Part shown: positions 10,728 to 20,166 of the stretch, piece by piece
How the letters are laid out: each line of letters opens with the position of its first letter
Numbering within the stretch: position 1 is the stretch's first letter
Assembly (NCBI GenBank): GCA_946998225.1
Contig: CAMPYH010000002.1
Coordinates: forward strand, 121,598-185,597
Source of the DNA: an uncultured Clostridiaceae bacterium
GTDB lineage: Bacteria > Bacillota > Clostridia > TANB77 > CAG-508
Reading direction: 5' to 3'
Length of the DNA stretch: 64,000 nt
Notes under the pieces: generated by a model
The model's database searches: none
The model's input: only the letters and a program-made list of their open reading frames with translations
What the model was told of the DNA's origin: nothing
Made by a program: the position numbers and the translations under genes

Positions 10728-11927
10728 TTATTTATTTTTCACTAAATTTAAAGTATCTCTTGCTATCATTATTTCTTCATTTGTTGGTATAATCCAAACT
10801 TCTGCTTTTGAATCATCTGATGAAATAATTGTTTCTTTTCCTCTTACATTGTTTTTATCTTTATCTAGTTTAATTCCAAAACAATCTAAATATTTCATAA
10901 TCTTTTCTCTTGTCTCAGGTCCATTTTCCCCAAGTCCACCTGCAAATGCTATTACATCTACACCGCCTAAAAGACCAATATATCCTAAAATAAATCTAGC
11001 AGTATTATATGCATTAGACTCAAGTGCAAGTTTTGCTCTTTCATTTCCATTTTCTGCTGCTTCTTCTACATCTCTAAAATCTGAGTGAACACCAGATACA
11101 CCAAGTACACCTGATTTTTTATTCAGCATTGTATCTAATTCTTCATATGTCATATTATATTTTTTACCAATATATGTTACAACAGATGGATCAATATCTC
11201 CTGATCTTGTTCCCATTGGAAGTCCTGCAAGTGGTGTAAAGCCCATTGTTGTATCTATAGATTTACCATTTTTTATAGCTGCAATAGATGCACCTTGTCC
11301 TAAATGGCAAGTTATTAATTTAAGATCATCACCTTTTTTAAGTCCTTTAATTTCATATACTCTATCTGTTATATATCTGTGTGATGTTCCGTGGAATCCA
11401 TATTTTCTTATTCTATCTTTTTCATAATATTCATATGGAATATTGTATATATATTGAACTTTATCCATTGTTTGGTGAAATGCTGTATCAAATACTGCAA
11501 CTTGAGGAACACCTGGCAAGTTTTCAGTTATTGCACTAATTCCATCAAGATTTGCTCCATTATGAAGTGGTGCAAGTTTTTTATTATCTTCTATTCCTTT
11601 TATTACTTCATCATTTATTAAAATTGATTCTGTAAATTTTTCTCCTCCGTGAACAACTCTATGTCCTACAGCTTCTATTTCAGATATACTTTTTAATACT
11701 CCATATTTATCTGAAACAATTTCTTCAAGTATTGCTTTTATTCCTTCTGAGTGATTTAAAGTAGATTTAACTATTTTTTCTTTAATATCTCCAGATTTAT
11801 ATGTACAAAAAGCATCTTCGTGTCCTATTCTTTCATAAGTTCCTTTTATAAGTACATTTTCGTTTTCCATATCTACTACTTGAAATTTAATAGATGATGA
11901 ACCACAGTTTAAAACTAATATCTTCAT
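10728..11927 (-). CDS. ackA: Acetate kinase
   Basis: MKILVLNCGSSSIKFQ, GHRVVHGG and FHGTSH motifs. Confidence 0.95.
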   Translation of the reverse strand: MKILVLNCGSSSIKFQVVDMENENVLIKGTYERIGHEDAFCTYKSGDIKEKIVKSTLNHSEGIKAILEEIVSDKYGVLKSISEIEAVGHRVVHGGEKFTESILINDEVIKGIEDNKKLAPLHNGANLDGISAITENLPGVPQVAVFDTAFHQTMDKVQYIYNIPYEYYEKDRIRKYGFHGTSHRYITDRVYEIKGLKKGDDLKLITCHLGQGASIAAIKNGKSIDTTMGFTPLAGLPMGTRSGDIDPSVVTYIGKKYNMTYEELDTMLNKKSGVLGVSGVHSDFRDVEEAAENGNERAKLALESNAYNTARFILGYIGLLGGVDVIAFAGGLGENGPETREKIMKYLDCFGIKLDKDKNNVRGKETIISSDDSKAEVWIIPTNEEIMIARDTLNLVKNK

Positions 11928-12035
11928 ATTCTCCCCTTTTAATTAATTTGTTATATTTTTTTATTAAGTTTTTAAATAAGTTTAAATAAACTATTACCTC
12001 TTAATTATATATTGTTTTTAATATATTGCAATCTT

Positions 12036-13037
12036 TTATTTTTGTGCCTCTAATGCTGTTATTGCAATAACCCCTATTATTTCAGAAACGCTTGCACCTC
12101 TAGATAAATCATTTACCGGTTTTTTTATACCTTGAAGAAGAGGGCCATACGCTTTTCCTTTTGACATATATTGTGCCATTTTATATCCAATATTACCTGA
12201 ATCTAAATCCGGGAATATTAATATATTTGCTCGGCCTGCTACTTTTGAATCTTTTGCTTTTTTGTTTGCAACTTCTTTAATTAATGCTGTATCTAGCTGC
12301 ATTTCTCCATCTAATAAAAAGTCTGCTTTTTCTTTTGTAAGCCTAACTGCTTCTCTTACTTTTTTTGTTGAATCTGACTCCGCACTTTTAAATGTAGAAA
12401 AAGATAAAAACGCAAGTCTAGGATCTTTTCCTAATAGAGTTCTAAAAGTATGTGCTGAATCAAGCGCAATATTTGAAAGCTCAGATTCATCCGGATTAAT
12501 ATTTAATCCACAATCTGCCATAAATATTATTCCATCTTCTCCATATTCTTTTATATTTGTATCTATTAAAAAATATGATGAAACAATACTGCTTCCTTCT
12601 TTTGTTTTTATAATTTGAAGTGATGGTCTCAAAATATCTTTTGTTGCATATTTTGCTCCTGCTACAAGACCATCACATTCATTCATATCAAGAAGCATCA
12701 TACCGAAATACACAGGGTCTTTTAATATTTCTTTTGCTTCTTCAAATTCCATATTTTTACTTTTTCTAATTTCTGCAAATTTTAAAGCTTTTTTATTATA
12801 CTCTTCTTTATATTCTTCACTTAAATATTCAATTATTTTAATATTTTCATTTAATTTAAGATCATTTTCATCTAATATTTTTTGAATTTCTTCTTTACTT
12901 CCCAAAAATATTATATTTGCAATATTTTCCTCTGATGCAATAATACCCGCTTTTATTATTCTTTCTTCTATTTCTGGAAGCACTATTGTCTTTTTATTTT
13001 CTTTTGCTTTTAATTTAATACTGTCTATAAAGTTCAT
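12036..13037 (-). CDS. pta: Phosphate acetyltransferase
   Basis: 333 aa PTA_PTB family, with the SRGASV..II motif near the C-terminus. Adjacent to ackA. Confidence 0.9.
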   Translation of the reverse strand: MNFIDSIKLKAKENKKTIVLPEIEERIIKAGIIASEENIANIIFLGSKEEIQKILDENDLKLNENIKIIEYLSEEYKEEYNKKALKFAEIRKSKNMEFEEAKEILKDPVYFGMMLLDMNECDGLVAGAKYATKDILRPSLQIIKTKEGSSIVSSYFLIDTNIKEYGEDGIIFMADCGLNINPDESELSNIALDSAHTFRTLLGKDPRLAFLSFSTFKSAESDSTKKVREAVRLTKEKADFLLDGEMQLDTALIKEVANKKAKDSKVAGRANILIFPDLDSGNIGYKMAQYMSKGKAYGPLLQGIKKPVNDLSRGASVSEIIGVIAITALEAQK

Positions 13038-13044
13038 AAATTAT

Positions 13045-13587
13045 TTACCTTTTTTCTGTAATTTTTTTCATATTTTCTAAAGTAGCTTTATCTACTTCAA
13101 GTCTTTTTTCTCTACTTAAAGTTTGAGTTATTTGATTAACTTGCTTTTCATTTTCTCTTCTTATTCTTATGTTTTTATCTACAAAATAATACATTATAGA
13201 TATCATACATGCTGTAAGAACAACTAAAAATACAAGAGTTGAAAGTCTTTGACTATTTAATCTATGTATTCCTATAGTCTTTTTTATCTCTATTTTTTTA
13301 GCTTCATCATTTAAACTTCTATAATTTTTTTCTTCAAGTCTATCTAATGCTTTTTTTGCATCTCCACCAGAAATAATCTTCTCAAATTCTTTTGCATCTT
13401 CTTCAGTTAAATCGGTTTTTCTTCTTCCACCGATTAAATTATTATTTCTTCTATCACTTCCAGATCTTCTTTCCTCAAAGCTAGCAGAACTTTCATTTTT
13501 TTGTTCTCTTCTGTCTCTTCTTTCTTCAAGTTTAAGTTCATCTAGAATATCTTTTTTTAATTCATTACCTTCATTTTCTTTTTTCAT
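13045..13587 (-). CDS. Hypothetical single-pass membrane protein with an Arg-rich N-terminus
   Basis: 180 aa with one TM (LSTLVFLVVLTACMISIMYYF) and N-terminal RRDRR / SGSDRR / GGRRK motifs. No family recognised. Confidence 0.5.
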   Translation of the reverse strand: MKKENEGNELKKDILDELKLEERRDRREQKNESSASFEERRSGSDRRNNNLIGGRRKTDLTEEDAKEFEKIISGGDAKKALDRLEEKNYRSLNDEAKKIEIKKTIGIHRLNSQRLSTLVFLVVLTACMISIMYYFVDKNIRIRRENEKQVNQITQTLSREKRLEVDKATLENMKKITEKR

Positions 13588-13722
13588 TTGTACCCCTTAT
13601 ATAGACATATTTATTAAAATCTATATTTAAAATTAACAATAAAAAAGCATTTTTTCAAGTTATATAAATAAATATATCAATCTTTTAATGTAATTTAAGC
13701 TTAAAAAATACATCTAAATTTT

Positions 13723-16596
13723 CTATTTTCTATCTAGCATCATCTTAATATATTCAGCTGTTCTTGACTCTTTAGATTTTGAAACTTCTTCTGGAGTTCC
13801 AGTAGCTACTACCATTCCACCTAAATCTCCACCTTCAGGTCCTAAATCTATTATATGATCTGCTACTTTAATTAAATCCAAATTGTGCTCTATTACTATT
13901 ACAGTATTTCCTTGATCTACAAGCTCATTTAATATTTTAATTAGCTTCTTGACATCATCAATATGAAGTCCTGTTGTAGGTTCATCTAATACATATAAAG
14001 TTTTAGTTGTAGATATTTTAGAAAGTTCTTTTGCAAGCTTAATTCTTTGTGCCTCACCACCAGATAATGTTTTTGAATTTTGTCCAAGCTTAATATATCC
14101 AAGCCCTACATCTACTAATGTTTTTATTTTATTATATAGTGTTTTATATGCTTTTCTATTTTCAAAAAAGTCTAGTGCTTCTTCTGCAGTCATATCTAAT
14201 ACATCTGCAATAGTTTTACCTTTATATTTAACCTCTAGTGTTTCTCTATTATATCTACTACCACCACAAACTTCACAAGTTACAATTCTATCAGGCATAA
14301 AATACATAGATATCTTTTTAACTCCGTCACCATTACATGCTTCACATCTACCACCTGGTACATTAAATGAAAATCTAGATTTAGTATATCCTCTTAATTT
14401 TGCTTCATTTGTTTCAGCAAATATATCTCTTATTTGATCAAATGCACCTATATATGTTGCAGGATTTGATCTAGGAGTTCTACCTATTGGTGATTGATCT
14501 ATATTTATTAATTTATCTATATTTTCAACACCAGTAATTTTCTTGTATCTTCCTTCTTTTTCTTGTTTTTTATTTAATTTTGCATCTACTGCAGTATATA
14601 AAACATCTGAAACCAATGAAGATTTACCAGAGCCAGATACTCCTGTTACAACTATTAATTTACCAAGTGGAAAATCTACATCTATATTTTTTAAATTATT
14701 ATGTGCCACTCCTTTAAGGCTTATCTTTTTACCATTACCTTTTCTTCTTTTTTTAGGTACATCTATTTTTAATTTTCCAGATAAATATTTACCGGTTAAA
14801 GAATCAGGATTTGCTAAAATTTCTTTAGGTGTTCCTTCTGCTACAACTTTTCCTCCATGTCTTCCTGCACCTTCACCAATATCTATAATATAATCTGCTT
14901 CCATCATTGTTTCTTCATCATGTTCGACAACAATTACAGTATTTCCTAAATTCTTTAGTTTTTTAAGTGTTCCTATTAATTTTTTATTATCTCTTTGATG
15001 AAGACCAATACTTGGTTCATCTAGAATATATATAACTCCTGAAAGACCACTTCCAATTTGTGTAGCAAGTCTAATTCTTTGTGCTTCACCGCCTGAAAGC
15101 GAGGATGCTTCTCTAGCTAAACTTAAATAACTAAGTCCTACATCTATTAGAAAATCTAATCTTGTTACTATTTCTTTTATTATTTCTTTAGAAATATTGT
15201 ATTCTTCTTCAGAAAGCTCTAAATTAACAAAAAATTCTTTTATTTTATCTATAGACATAGATGTAAGTTCATAAATATTTAAGCCCCCTACAAAAATATG
15301 TAAAACTTTTTCTTTAAGTCTTGCACCTTTACATACATTACAAGGTTGTTCGGTCATATAAAATTCATACATTCGTCTACTACTGTCTGAAGCAGTTTCT
15401 CTGTGTCTTCTTTCAAGTATTGGAATAACACCTTCAAAAGGTTTTAAAGTTTCAACTTTTCTTCCTATAGCATTATACTCAAATTCAATCTCTTCATCGC
15501 CTGTACCATAAAGTATTTTGTCTAAAAATTCTCTTGGAAGATCTTTTATCTTTTTACCTTTAATATCTACTCCATAATGCTTACCTATACTTTCAAAATA
15601 CATTTTAGCAACAGTACTTCCTTTTTTCATAGTACTTGCACCAAATGCTTTTACTCCATCATAAAGAGTTTTATCTTTATCTGGAATAAGTAAGTTCTCA
15701 TCCATTTTTAAAAGATAACCTATACCTGTACAATTTTCACAAGCACCATATGGATTATTAAAAGAAAATAGTCTTGGAGATATTTCATCATAAGATATTT
15801 CCTTATGTACATAGCAAGAATAATTTCCGCTATATGTTTTTTCTTCTACATTTGATCTTACTCTTACAAGTTTATTTGAATACTTCATAGCTGTTTCAAC
15901 AGATTCAGAAAGTCTTGCTTTTATTCCATCTTTAATAACTAATCTATCCACGATTATATTAATATCATGTTTTTTGTTTTTATCCAGTGAAATTTCATCA
16001 AAAGAAAGATCATACTTTTCTCCATCTATTTCCGCACGTACAAAACCTTCTTTTGTAAGTTTGTCTAAAAGTTTTTCATGCATACCTTTTTCACCAATAA
16101 CACATGGAGATAGTATTTCAATTTTAGTACCTTCTTCTTTTTTTAATATATCATCTACTATTTCATCAACAGTTAACTTTTCTATTGTCCTACCACATAT
16201 TGGGCATCTTGGTATACCAATATTTGCATATAAAAGACGAATATAATCATAAATTTCTGTAACTGTACCTACTGTAGATCTTGGATTATTGGATGTTGTT
16301 TTTTGATCTATTGCAATTGCAGGTGAAAGTCCAGTTATACTTTTAACTTTTGGTTTGTCCATGACTCCCAAAAATTGTCTTGCATAACTTGAAAGACTTT
16401 CTACATATTTTCTTTGACCTTCCGCATAAATAGTATCAAAAGCAAGAGAAGACTTTCCTGATCCTGATACACCTGTTATTACAACCAATTTATTTTTAGG
16501 TATATCTAGATCAATCCCTTTTAAATTGTTTTCTCTAGCTTCTCTAATTTGTATATAATTTACATCTATTTTTTCTTTATTATCTTCAATTTTCAT
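13723..16596 (-). CDS. uvrA: Excinuclease ABC subunit A
   Basis: 957 aa with two ABC modules (GVSGSGKSS twice, LSGGEAQR twice) and zinc-finger Cys clusters. Confidence 0.97.
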   Translation of the reverse strand: MKIEDNKEKIDVNYIQIREARENNLKGIDLDIPKNKLVVITGVSGSGKSSLAFDTIYAEGQRKYVESLSSYARQFLGVMDKPKVKSITGLSPAIAIDQKTTSNNPRSTVGTVTEIYDYIRLLYANIGIPRCPICGRTIEKLTVDEIVDDILKKEEGTKIEILSPCVIGEKGMHEKLLDKLTKEGFVRAEIDGEKYDLSFDEISLDKNKKHDINIIVDRLVIKDGIKARLSESVETAMKYSNKLVRVRSNVEEKTYSGNYSCYVHKEISYDEISPRLFSFNNPYGACENCTGIGYLLKMDENLLIPDKDKTLYDGVKAFGASTMKKGSTVAKMYFESIGKHYGVDIKGKKIKDLPREFLDKILYGTGDEEIEFEYNAIGRKVETLKPFEGVIPILERRHRETASDSSRRMYEFYMTEQPCNVCKGARLKEKVLHIFVGGLNIYELTSMSIDKIKEFFVNLELSEEEYNISKEIIKEIVTRLDFLIDVGLSYLSLAREASSLSGGEAQRIRLATQIGSGLSGVIYILDEPSIGLHQRDNKKLIGTLKKLKNLGNTVIVVEHDEETMMEADYIIDIGEGAGRHGGKVVAEGTPKEILANPDSLTGKYLSGKLKIDVPKKRRKGNGKKISLKGVAHNNLKNIDVDFPLGKLIVVTGVSGSGKSSLVSDVLYTAVDAKLNKKQEKEGRYKKITGVENIDKLINIDQSPIGRTPRSNPATYIGAFDQIRDIFAETNEAKLRGYTKSRFSFNVPGGRCEACNGDGVKKISMYFMPDRIVTCEVCGGSRYNRETLEVKYKGKTIADVLDMTAEEALDFFENRKAYKTLYNKIKTLVDVGLGYIKLGQNSKTLSGGEAQRIKLAKELSKISTTKTLYVLDEPTTGLHIDDVKKLIKILNELVDQGNTVIVIEHNLDLIKVADHIIDLGPEGGDLGGMVVATGTPEEVSKSKESRTAEYIKMMLDRK

Positions 16597-16602
16597 ACAT
16601 TT

Positions 16603-16631
16603 AGTATATCACAAGTTTTAATTATTGAAAA
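16603..16631 (-). promoter_or_regulatory. Candidate extended -10 promoter of uvrA, positioned for a leaderless mRNA
   Basis: Minus strand reads TTTTCA, 17 nt, TGaTATACT, then AAATGT, then ATG. Only 6 nt separate the -10 from the start codon, and there is no SD. Confidence 0.4.
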
Positions 16632-16715
16632 ACCTAATTGAATTAAATAAAAATAAAAACAAAAAAGAAAAAATTAAAAATAAAAAGAAAAGCAAGAATA
16701 AAAACCAAACAAAAA

Positions 16716-16736
16716 TAGAAGAGTAAAACTCTTCTA
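16716..16736 (-). terminator. Intrinsic terminator after the 141-aa orphan gene
   Basis: TAGAAGAG / CTCTTCTA stem with loop TAAAA. T-runs lie on both sides, so it may act bidirectionally. Confidence 0.65.
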
Positions 16737-16783
16737 CTTTTGTTTTTGTGGGATAAAATATGATCAACTAATCAGTTATACGC

Positions 16784-17209
16784 TTATCTAAGTTCTTTTT
16801 CTGCTAGATTGTAATCTTTTTCAAGATTTATAAAAGCTATTTTTGTATCTTTTTTTTCGTGGTATTCACTTAAAAGATACTGAACATGTCTCATTACTTG
16901 GTCAAGCTTTTTATATAAGCTTTTCCTGTTGTCTAGATTGTCTTTAACAAATACATATCTTTTGTTTGTTATGTCGTATTTGATAAGTTCATCGACTTCT
17001 TTTGCTTTTTTCAAAGCTCTTGTACAAGACTTTAATATAGCTTCGCTATTTATATCGCCTTTGTTCTTTCTCATTCCTTCTTCGCCTAATATACATATTA
17101 GGTCTTGAACGTTTGTTTGGAAACTGTGTGTTTCTGTCTTTCTGTCTTTATTAATCTCGTCTATTATACTAGACAATTGTTCTTTGAAATTTTCTTTTGC
17201 TTTATACAT
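16784..17209 (-). CDS. Hypothetical 141-aa soluble protein (orphan) between uvrB and uvrA
   Basis: Strong RBS (GGAGGTAAAATATG), its own promoter and its own terminator. No TM segment and no family recognised. Confidence 0.7.
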   Translation of the reverse strand: MYKAKENFKEQLSSIIDEINKDRKTETHSFQTNVQDLICILGEEGMRKNKGDINSEAILKSCTRALKKAKEVDELIKYDITNKRYVFVKDNLDNRKSLYKKLDQVMRHVQYLLSEYHEKKDTKIAFINLEKDYNLAEKELR

Positions 17210-17319
17210 ATTTTACCTCCGTGATGCTTACATCAATTGCTTTTCATATGTCTCATATTTTTTCCCAACTTCACTACTTACAAGTTTGCAAGTTCCTATA
17301 TATCGATATTTGCATATCT

Positions 17320-17359
17320 AATACATTATTATTATAGCAAATCATAATGTATTTTGCAA
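17320..17359 (-). promoter_or_regulatory. Sigma-A promoter bracketed by a perfect 10-bp inverted repeat (candidate operator)
   Basis: Minus strand has TTGCAA (17359-17354), a 17-nt spacer, then TATAAT (17336-17331). The arms AATACATTAT (17320-17329) and ATAATGTATT (17344-17353) flank the -10. Confidence 0.6.
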
Positions 17360-17422
17360 AAAAATCAATAAAATTACAAAACAAATCTTTTTTATAATAA
17401 TTAATCTTTAAAACAAAAGTAA

Positions 17423-17448
17423 AAGGAAGCAGAGATTTATCTGCTTCC
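17423..17448 (-). terminator. Intrinsic terminator about 280 nt downstream of uvrB
   Basis: GGAAGCAGA / TCTGCTTCC 9-bp stem with a 6-nt loop, followed on the minus strand by TTTACTTTTGTTTT. Confidence 0.7.
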
Positions 17449-17461
17449 TATAACATTTTGA

Positions 17462-17615
17462 AAAATACAATTTTGTTTAGACTTAGGAATTGTGAAGAAA
17501 CACTTGCAATCTATATATGTGAAGAAGTCGAGAAAAGATTATCATAAACAAAAGGGTTTTTTTGTTTGAAAAGTAAAAATATGCTTTAATTAGGATCATC
17601 ACAAAATTGTATTTT
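17462..17615. repeat. Perfect 15-bp inverted repeat separated by 124 bp
   Basis: AAAATACAATTTTGT at 17462-17476 has its exact reverse complement at 17601-17615. The interior contains a 9-bp direct repeat, TGTGAAGAA, at 17491 and 17518. Confidence 0.6.
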
Positions 17616-17728
17616 CATAGTAATTGGTTAATTCAAAACAATTAGTCTCCTCATAATTTTAAAATTTTAAATTATTTAATAGATCTTCTTTTGATTAACA
17701 AACTAATTATACATTAAATTGACATAAA

Positions 17729-19720
17729 TTACAAATTTCTTTGATCTTTTTGGATTTTATTTATTAATTTAATTTTATCTCTTATCTCTGCCGCTTTCTC
17801 AAATTCCAGATTTTCTGAAAGTTTTATCATCTCTTCAGTTAATTTATTAATTAGTTCTTCAGCATCTTCGTCTTTATATATTTCATTTTCTTCATAAACT
17901 TTACTAATAGATATAAGTTCTCTAATGTCTTTTTTAATAGTTTTTGGAACTATATTATTTGCTTTATTATATTCCTCTTGTATTTGTCTTCTTCTATTTG
18001 TTTCTTTTATTGCTTTTTCCATTGATGCAGTAAGTTCATCACCATACATTATAACAGTACCGTCGCTATTTCTAGCAGCACGTCCTATTGTTTGTATAAG
18101 TGATCTTTCTGATCTTAAAAATCCTTCTTTATCTGCATCTAGTATTGCAACTAATGATACCTCAGGTATATCTAGTCCTTCTCTTAAAAGGTTTATTCCA
18201 ACAAGTACATCAAATTTACCAAGTCTTAAATCTCTAATTATTTCTATTCTTTCAAGTGTTTTAGTATCTGAATGCATATACCTTGCTTTTATATCTAAAC
18301 TATATAAATATTCACTTAAATCTTCTGCTTGTTTTTTAGTAAGAGTTGTAACAAGTACTCTTTCTTTTCTCTCCACTCTTTTATTTATTTCATTAATTAA
18401 ATCATCTACCTGATTCTCTGCAGGTTTTACTATAACTTTAGGATCTAAAAGTCCTGTAGGCCTTATTATCTGTTCTACTACGCTACTTGCTTTTTCTAAT
18501 TCAAAATCTCCAGGTGTTGCAGATACAAATACACATTGATTTATTCTATCTAAAAATTCATTAAATTTAAGAGGTCTATTATCTAGTGCTGATGGAAGTC
18601 TAAAACCATAATTTACTAGATTTTCTTTTCTTGCCCTATCTCCATTATACATTGCTCTTACCTGTGGAATAGTTGCATGTGATTCATCTATAAACATTAT
18701 ATAGTCTTTATCAAAGAAATCTAAAAGAGTATATGGAGGTTCTCCCTTTTTTCTACCAGATATGTGTCTTGAATAGTTTTCTATACCTTGAGTAAATCCT
18801 GTTTCTCTCATCATTTCTATATCAAAGAGTGTTCTTTCTTTTATTCTTTGTGCTTCAATAAGTTTGTTTTGAGATTCGAACATTTTAACTTGATCTTCCA
18901 TCTCTTCTTCTATAGCCTTTAATGCTCTTTCCATTTTAGCTGATGTTGTTACATAGTGTGAGTTCGGGAATATCATAATATAATCATTTGTATGAGTTTT
19001 ACGTCCTGTAAGTGGATTTATCTCATAAATTTCTTCTACTTCATCTCCCCAAAATTCTACCCTTATAGCTTTTCCTTCATTGTTTGATGGATAAATTTCA
19101 AGAATATCTCCTTTTGCTCTAAATGTTCCTCTTTCAAAAGATATTTCATTTCTTGTATACTGCATTTTAATAAGTTTCATCATTATACTTTCTCTAGATA
19201 CAGTATCTCCTTTTCTAATAGATAATGTGAAGTTTTCATAATCTTCAGGATCACCTAATCCATATATACAAGAGACAGATGCAACAACTATTACATTTCT
19301 TTCACTCATAAGTGAAGCTGTAGCACTATGTCTTAATTTATCTATTTCATCATTTATGCTTGCGTCTTTTTCAATATATGTATCTGAATGTGCAACATAT
19401 GCCTCAGGTTGGTAATAATCATAATATGAAACAAAATACTCAACTCTATTTTCTGGAAACAATTCCTTAAACTCAGAATAAAGCTGTCCTGCAAGAGTTT
19501 TGTTATGTGCAAGTATAAGCGCTGGTTTATTTAATTTTTCAATTACATTTGCCATAGTAAATGTCTTACCTGATCCTGTAACACCTAAAAGCATTTCAAA
19601 TTTAGATCCAGAATTAATACCAGAAACAATTTTGTCTATTGCTTCTGGTTGATCACCTGTAGGTTTAAATTTAGATTTTATTTTAAAATCATTTTTAATT
19701 TTATCTTCTTTATTAATCAT
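17729..19720 (-). CDS. uvrB: Excinuclease ABC subunit B
   Basis: 663 aa with [10 protein letters not shown], helicase motifs, and the C-terminal UVR domain ([11 protein letters not shown]). Confidence 0.97.
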   Translation of the reverse strand: MINKEDKIKNDFKIKSKFKPTGDQPEAIDKIVSGINSGSKFEMLLGVTGSGKTFTMANVIEKLNKPALILAHNKTLAGQLYSEFKELFPENRVEYFVSYYDYYQPEAYVAHSDTYIEKDASINDEIDKLRHSATASLMSERNVIVVASVSCIYGLGDPEDYENFTLSIRKGDTVSRESIMMKLIKMQYTRNEISFERGTFRAKGDILEIYPSNNEGKAIRVEFWGDEVEEIYEINPLTGRKTHTNDYIMIFPNSHYVTTSAKMERALKAIEEEMEDQVKMFESQNKLIEAQRIKERTLFDIEMMRETGFTQGIENYSRHISGRKKGEPPYTLLDFFDKDYIMFIDESHATIPQVRAMYNGDRARKENLVNYGFRLPSALDNRPLKFNEFLDRINQCVFVSATPGDFELEKASSVVEQIIRPTGLLDPKVIVKPAENQVDDLINEINKRVERKERVLVTTLTKKQAEDLSEYLYSLDIKARYMHSDTKTLERIEIIRDLRLGKFDVLVGINLLREGLDIPEVSLVAILDADKEGFLRSERSLIQTIGRAARNSDGTVIMYGDELTASMEKAIKETNRRRQIQEEYNKANNIVPKTIKKDIRELISISKVYEENEIYKDEDAEELINKLTEEMIKLSENLEFEKAAEIRDKIKLINKIQKDQRNL

Positions 19721-19748
19721 TTATCCTCTAATCCTTAAAACCTCTTTT

Positions 19749-19777
19749 ATTATATGTATTTATTAGGATTTATTCAA
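19749..19777 (-). promoter_or_regulatory. Sigma-A promoter of uvrB
   Basis: Minus strand has TTGAAT, a 17-nt spacer, then TATAAT. Confidence 0.6.
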
Positions 19778-19797
19778 ATAAACGTAGAAATATAATA

Positions 19798-19828
19798 AAA
19801 CCTTCTTAAATTAAATTTAAGAAGGTTT
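19798..19828 (-). terminator. Intrinsic terminator after the GIY-YIG gene
   Basis: Perfect 14-bp stem AAACCTTCTTAAAT / ATTTAAGAAGGTTT with loop TAA and a T-rich tail. Confidence 0.8.
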
Positions 19829-19832
19829 ATTT

Positions 19833-20162
19833 TTATATTTTCTTTATATCTTTTCCTTTTACATATTTATCTTTGGATACTCTTTCTTTAAACACATCAA
19901 AGCTACTTGTAAGTATAAACTTTTCTTTATCATCTTTACTTAGTTTTTTAATCCAATATTCAAGTTTTGATGCATTAGATTTTGTATCTGTTATATAATA
20001 TGTTTCAAGTCTTTTAAATCCTTTTGATTTAGTGTATTTTGCCGCTTTTATATCTTTTGTTTTATGTTCATTTATTCTTCTTTCTAAATCATTTGTTATT
20101 CCTGTATATATTGAATCATCCTTGCATCTTAACATATATACATAATATTTATCTTTTTTCAT
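19833..20162 (-). CDS. Small GIY-YIG nuclease-family protein (UPF0213/YazA-like)
   Basis: YYVYMLRCKDDSIYTGITNDLERRINEH motif. Starts 4 nt after the permease stop. Confidence 0.8.
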   Translation of the reverse strand: MKKDKYYVYMLRCKDDSIYTGITNDLERRINEHKTKDIKAAKYTKSKGFKRLETYYITDTKSNASKLEYWIKKLSKDDKEKFILTSSFDVFKERVSKDKYVKGKDIKKI

Positions 20163-20166
20163 ATAT

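Noticed and set aside
16640-16715. A-rich purine tract of about 75 nt upstream of uvrA
   Set aside because: It has no repeat unit or coding potential. It is most simply an A/T-rich UP-like or curved region between a terminator and the uvrA promoter, so I did not call it as an element.
19721-19832. Search for a LexA (Cheo-type GAAC-N4-GTTC) SOS box upstream of uvrB, and likewise upstream of uvrA (16597-16720)
   Set aside because: No GAAC...GTTC-like palindrome is present in either region. I cannot claim SOS regulation from the sequence.
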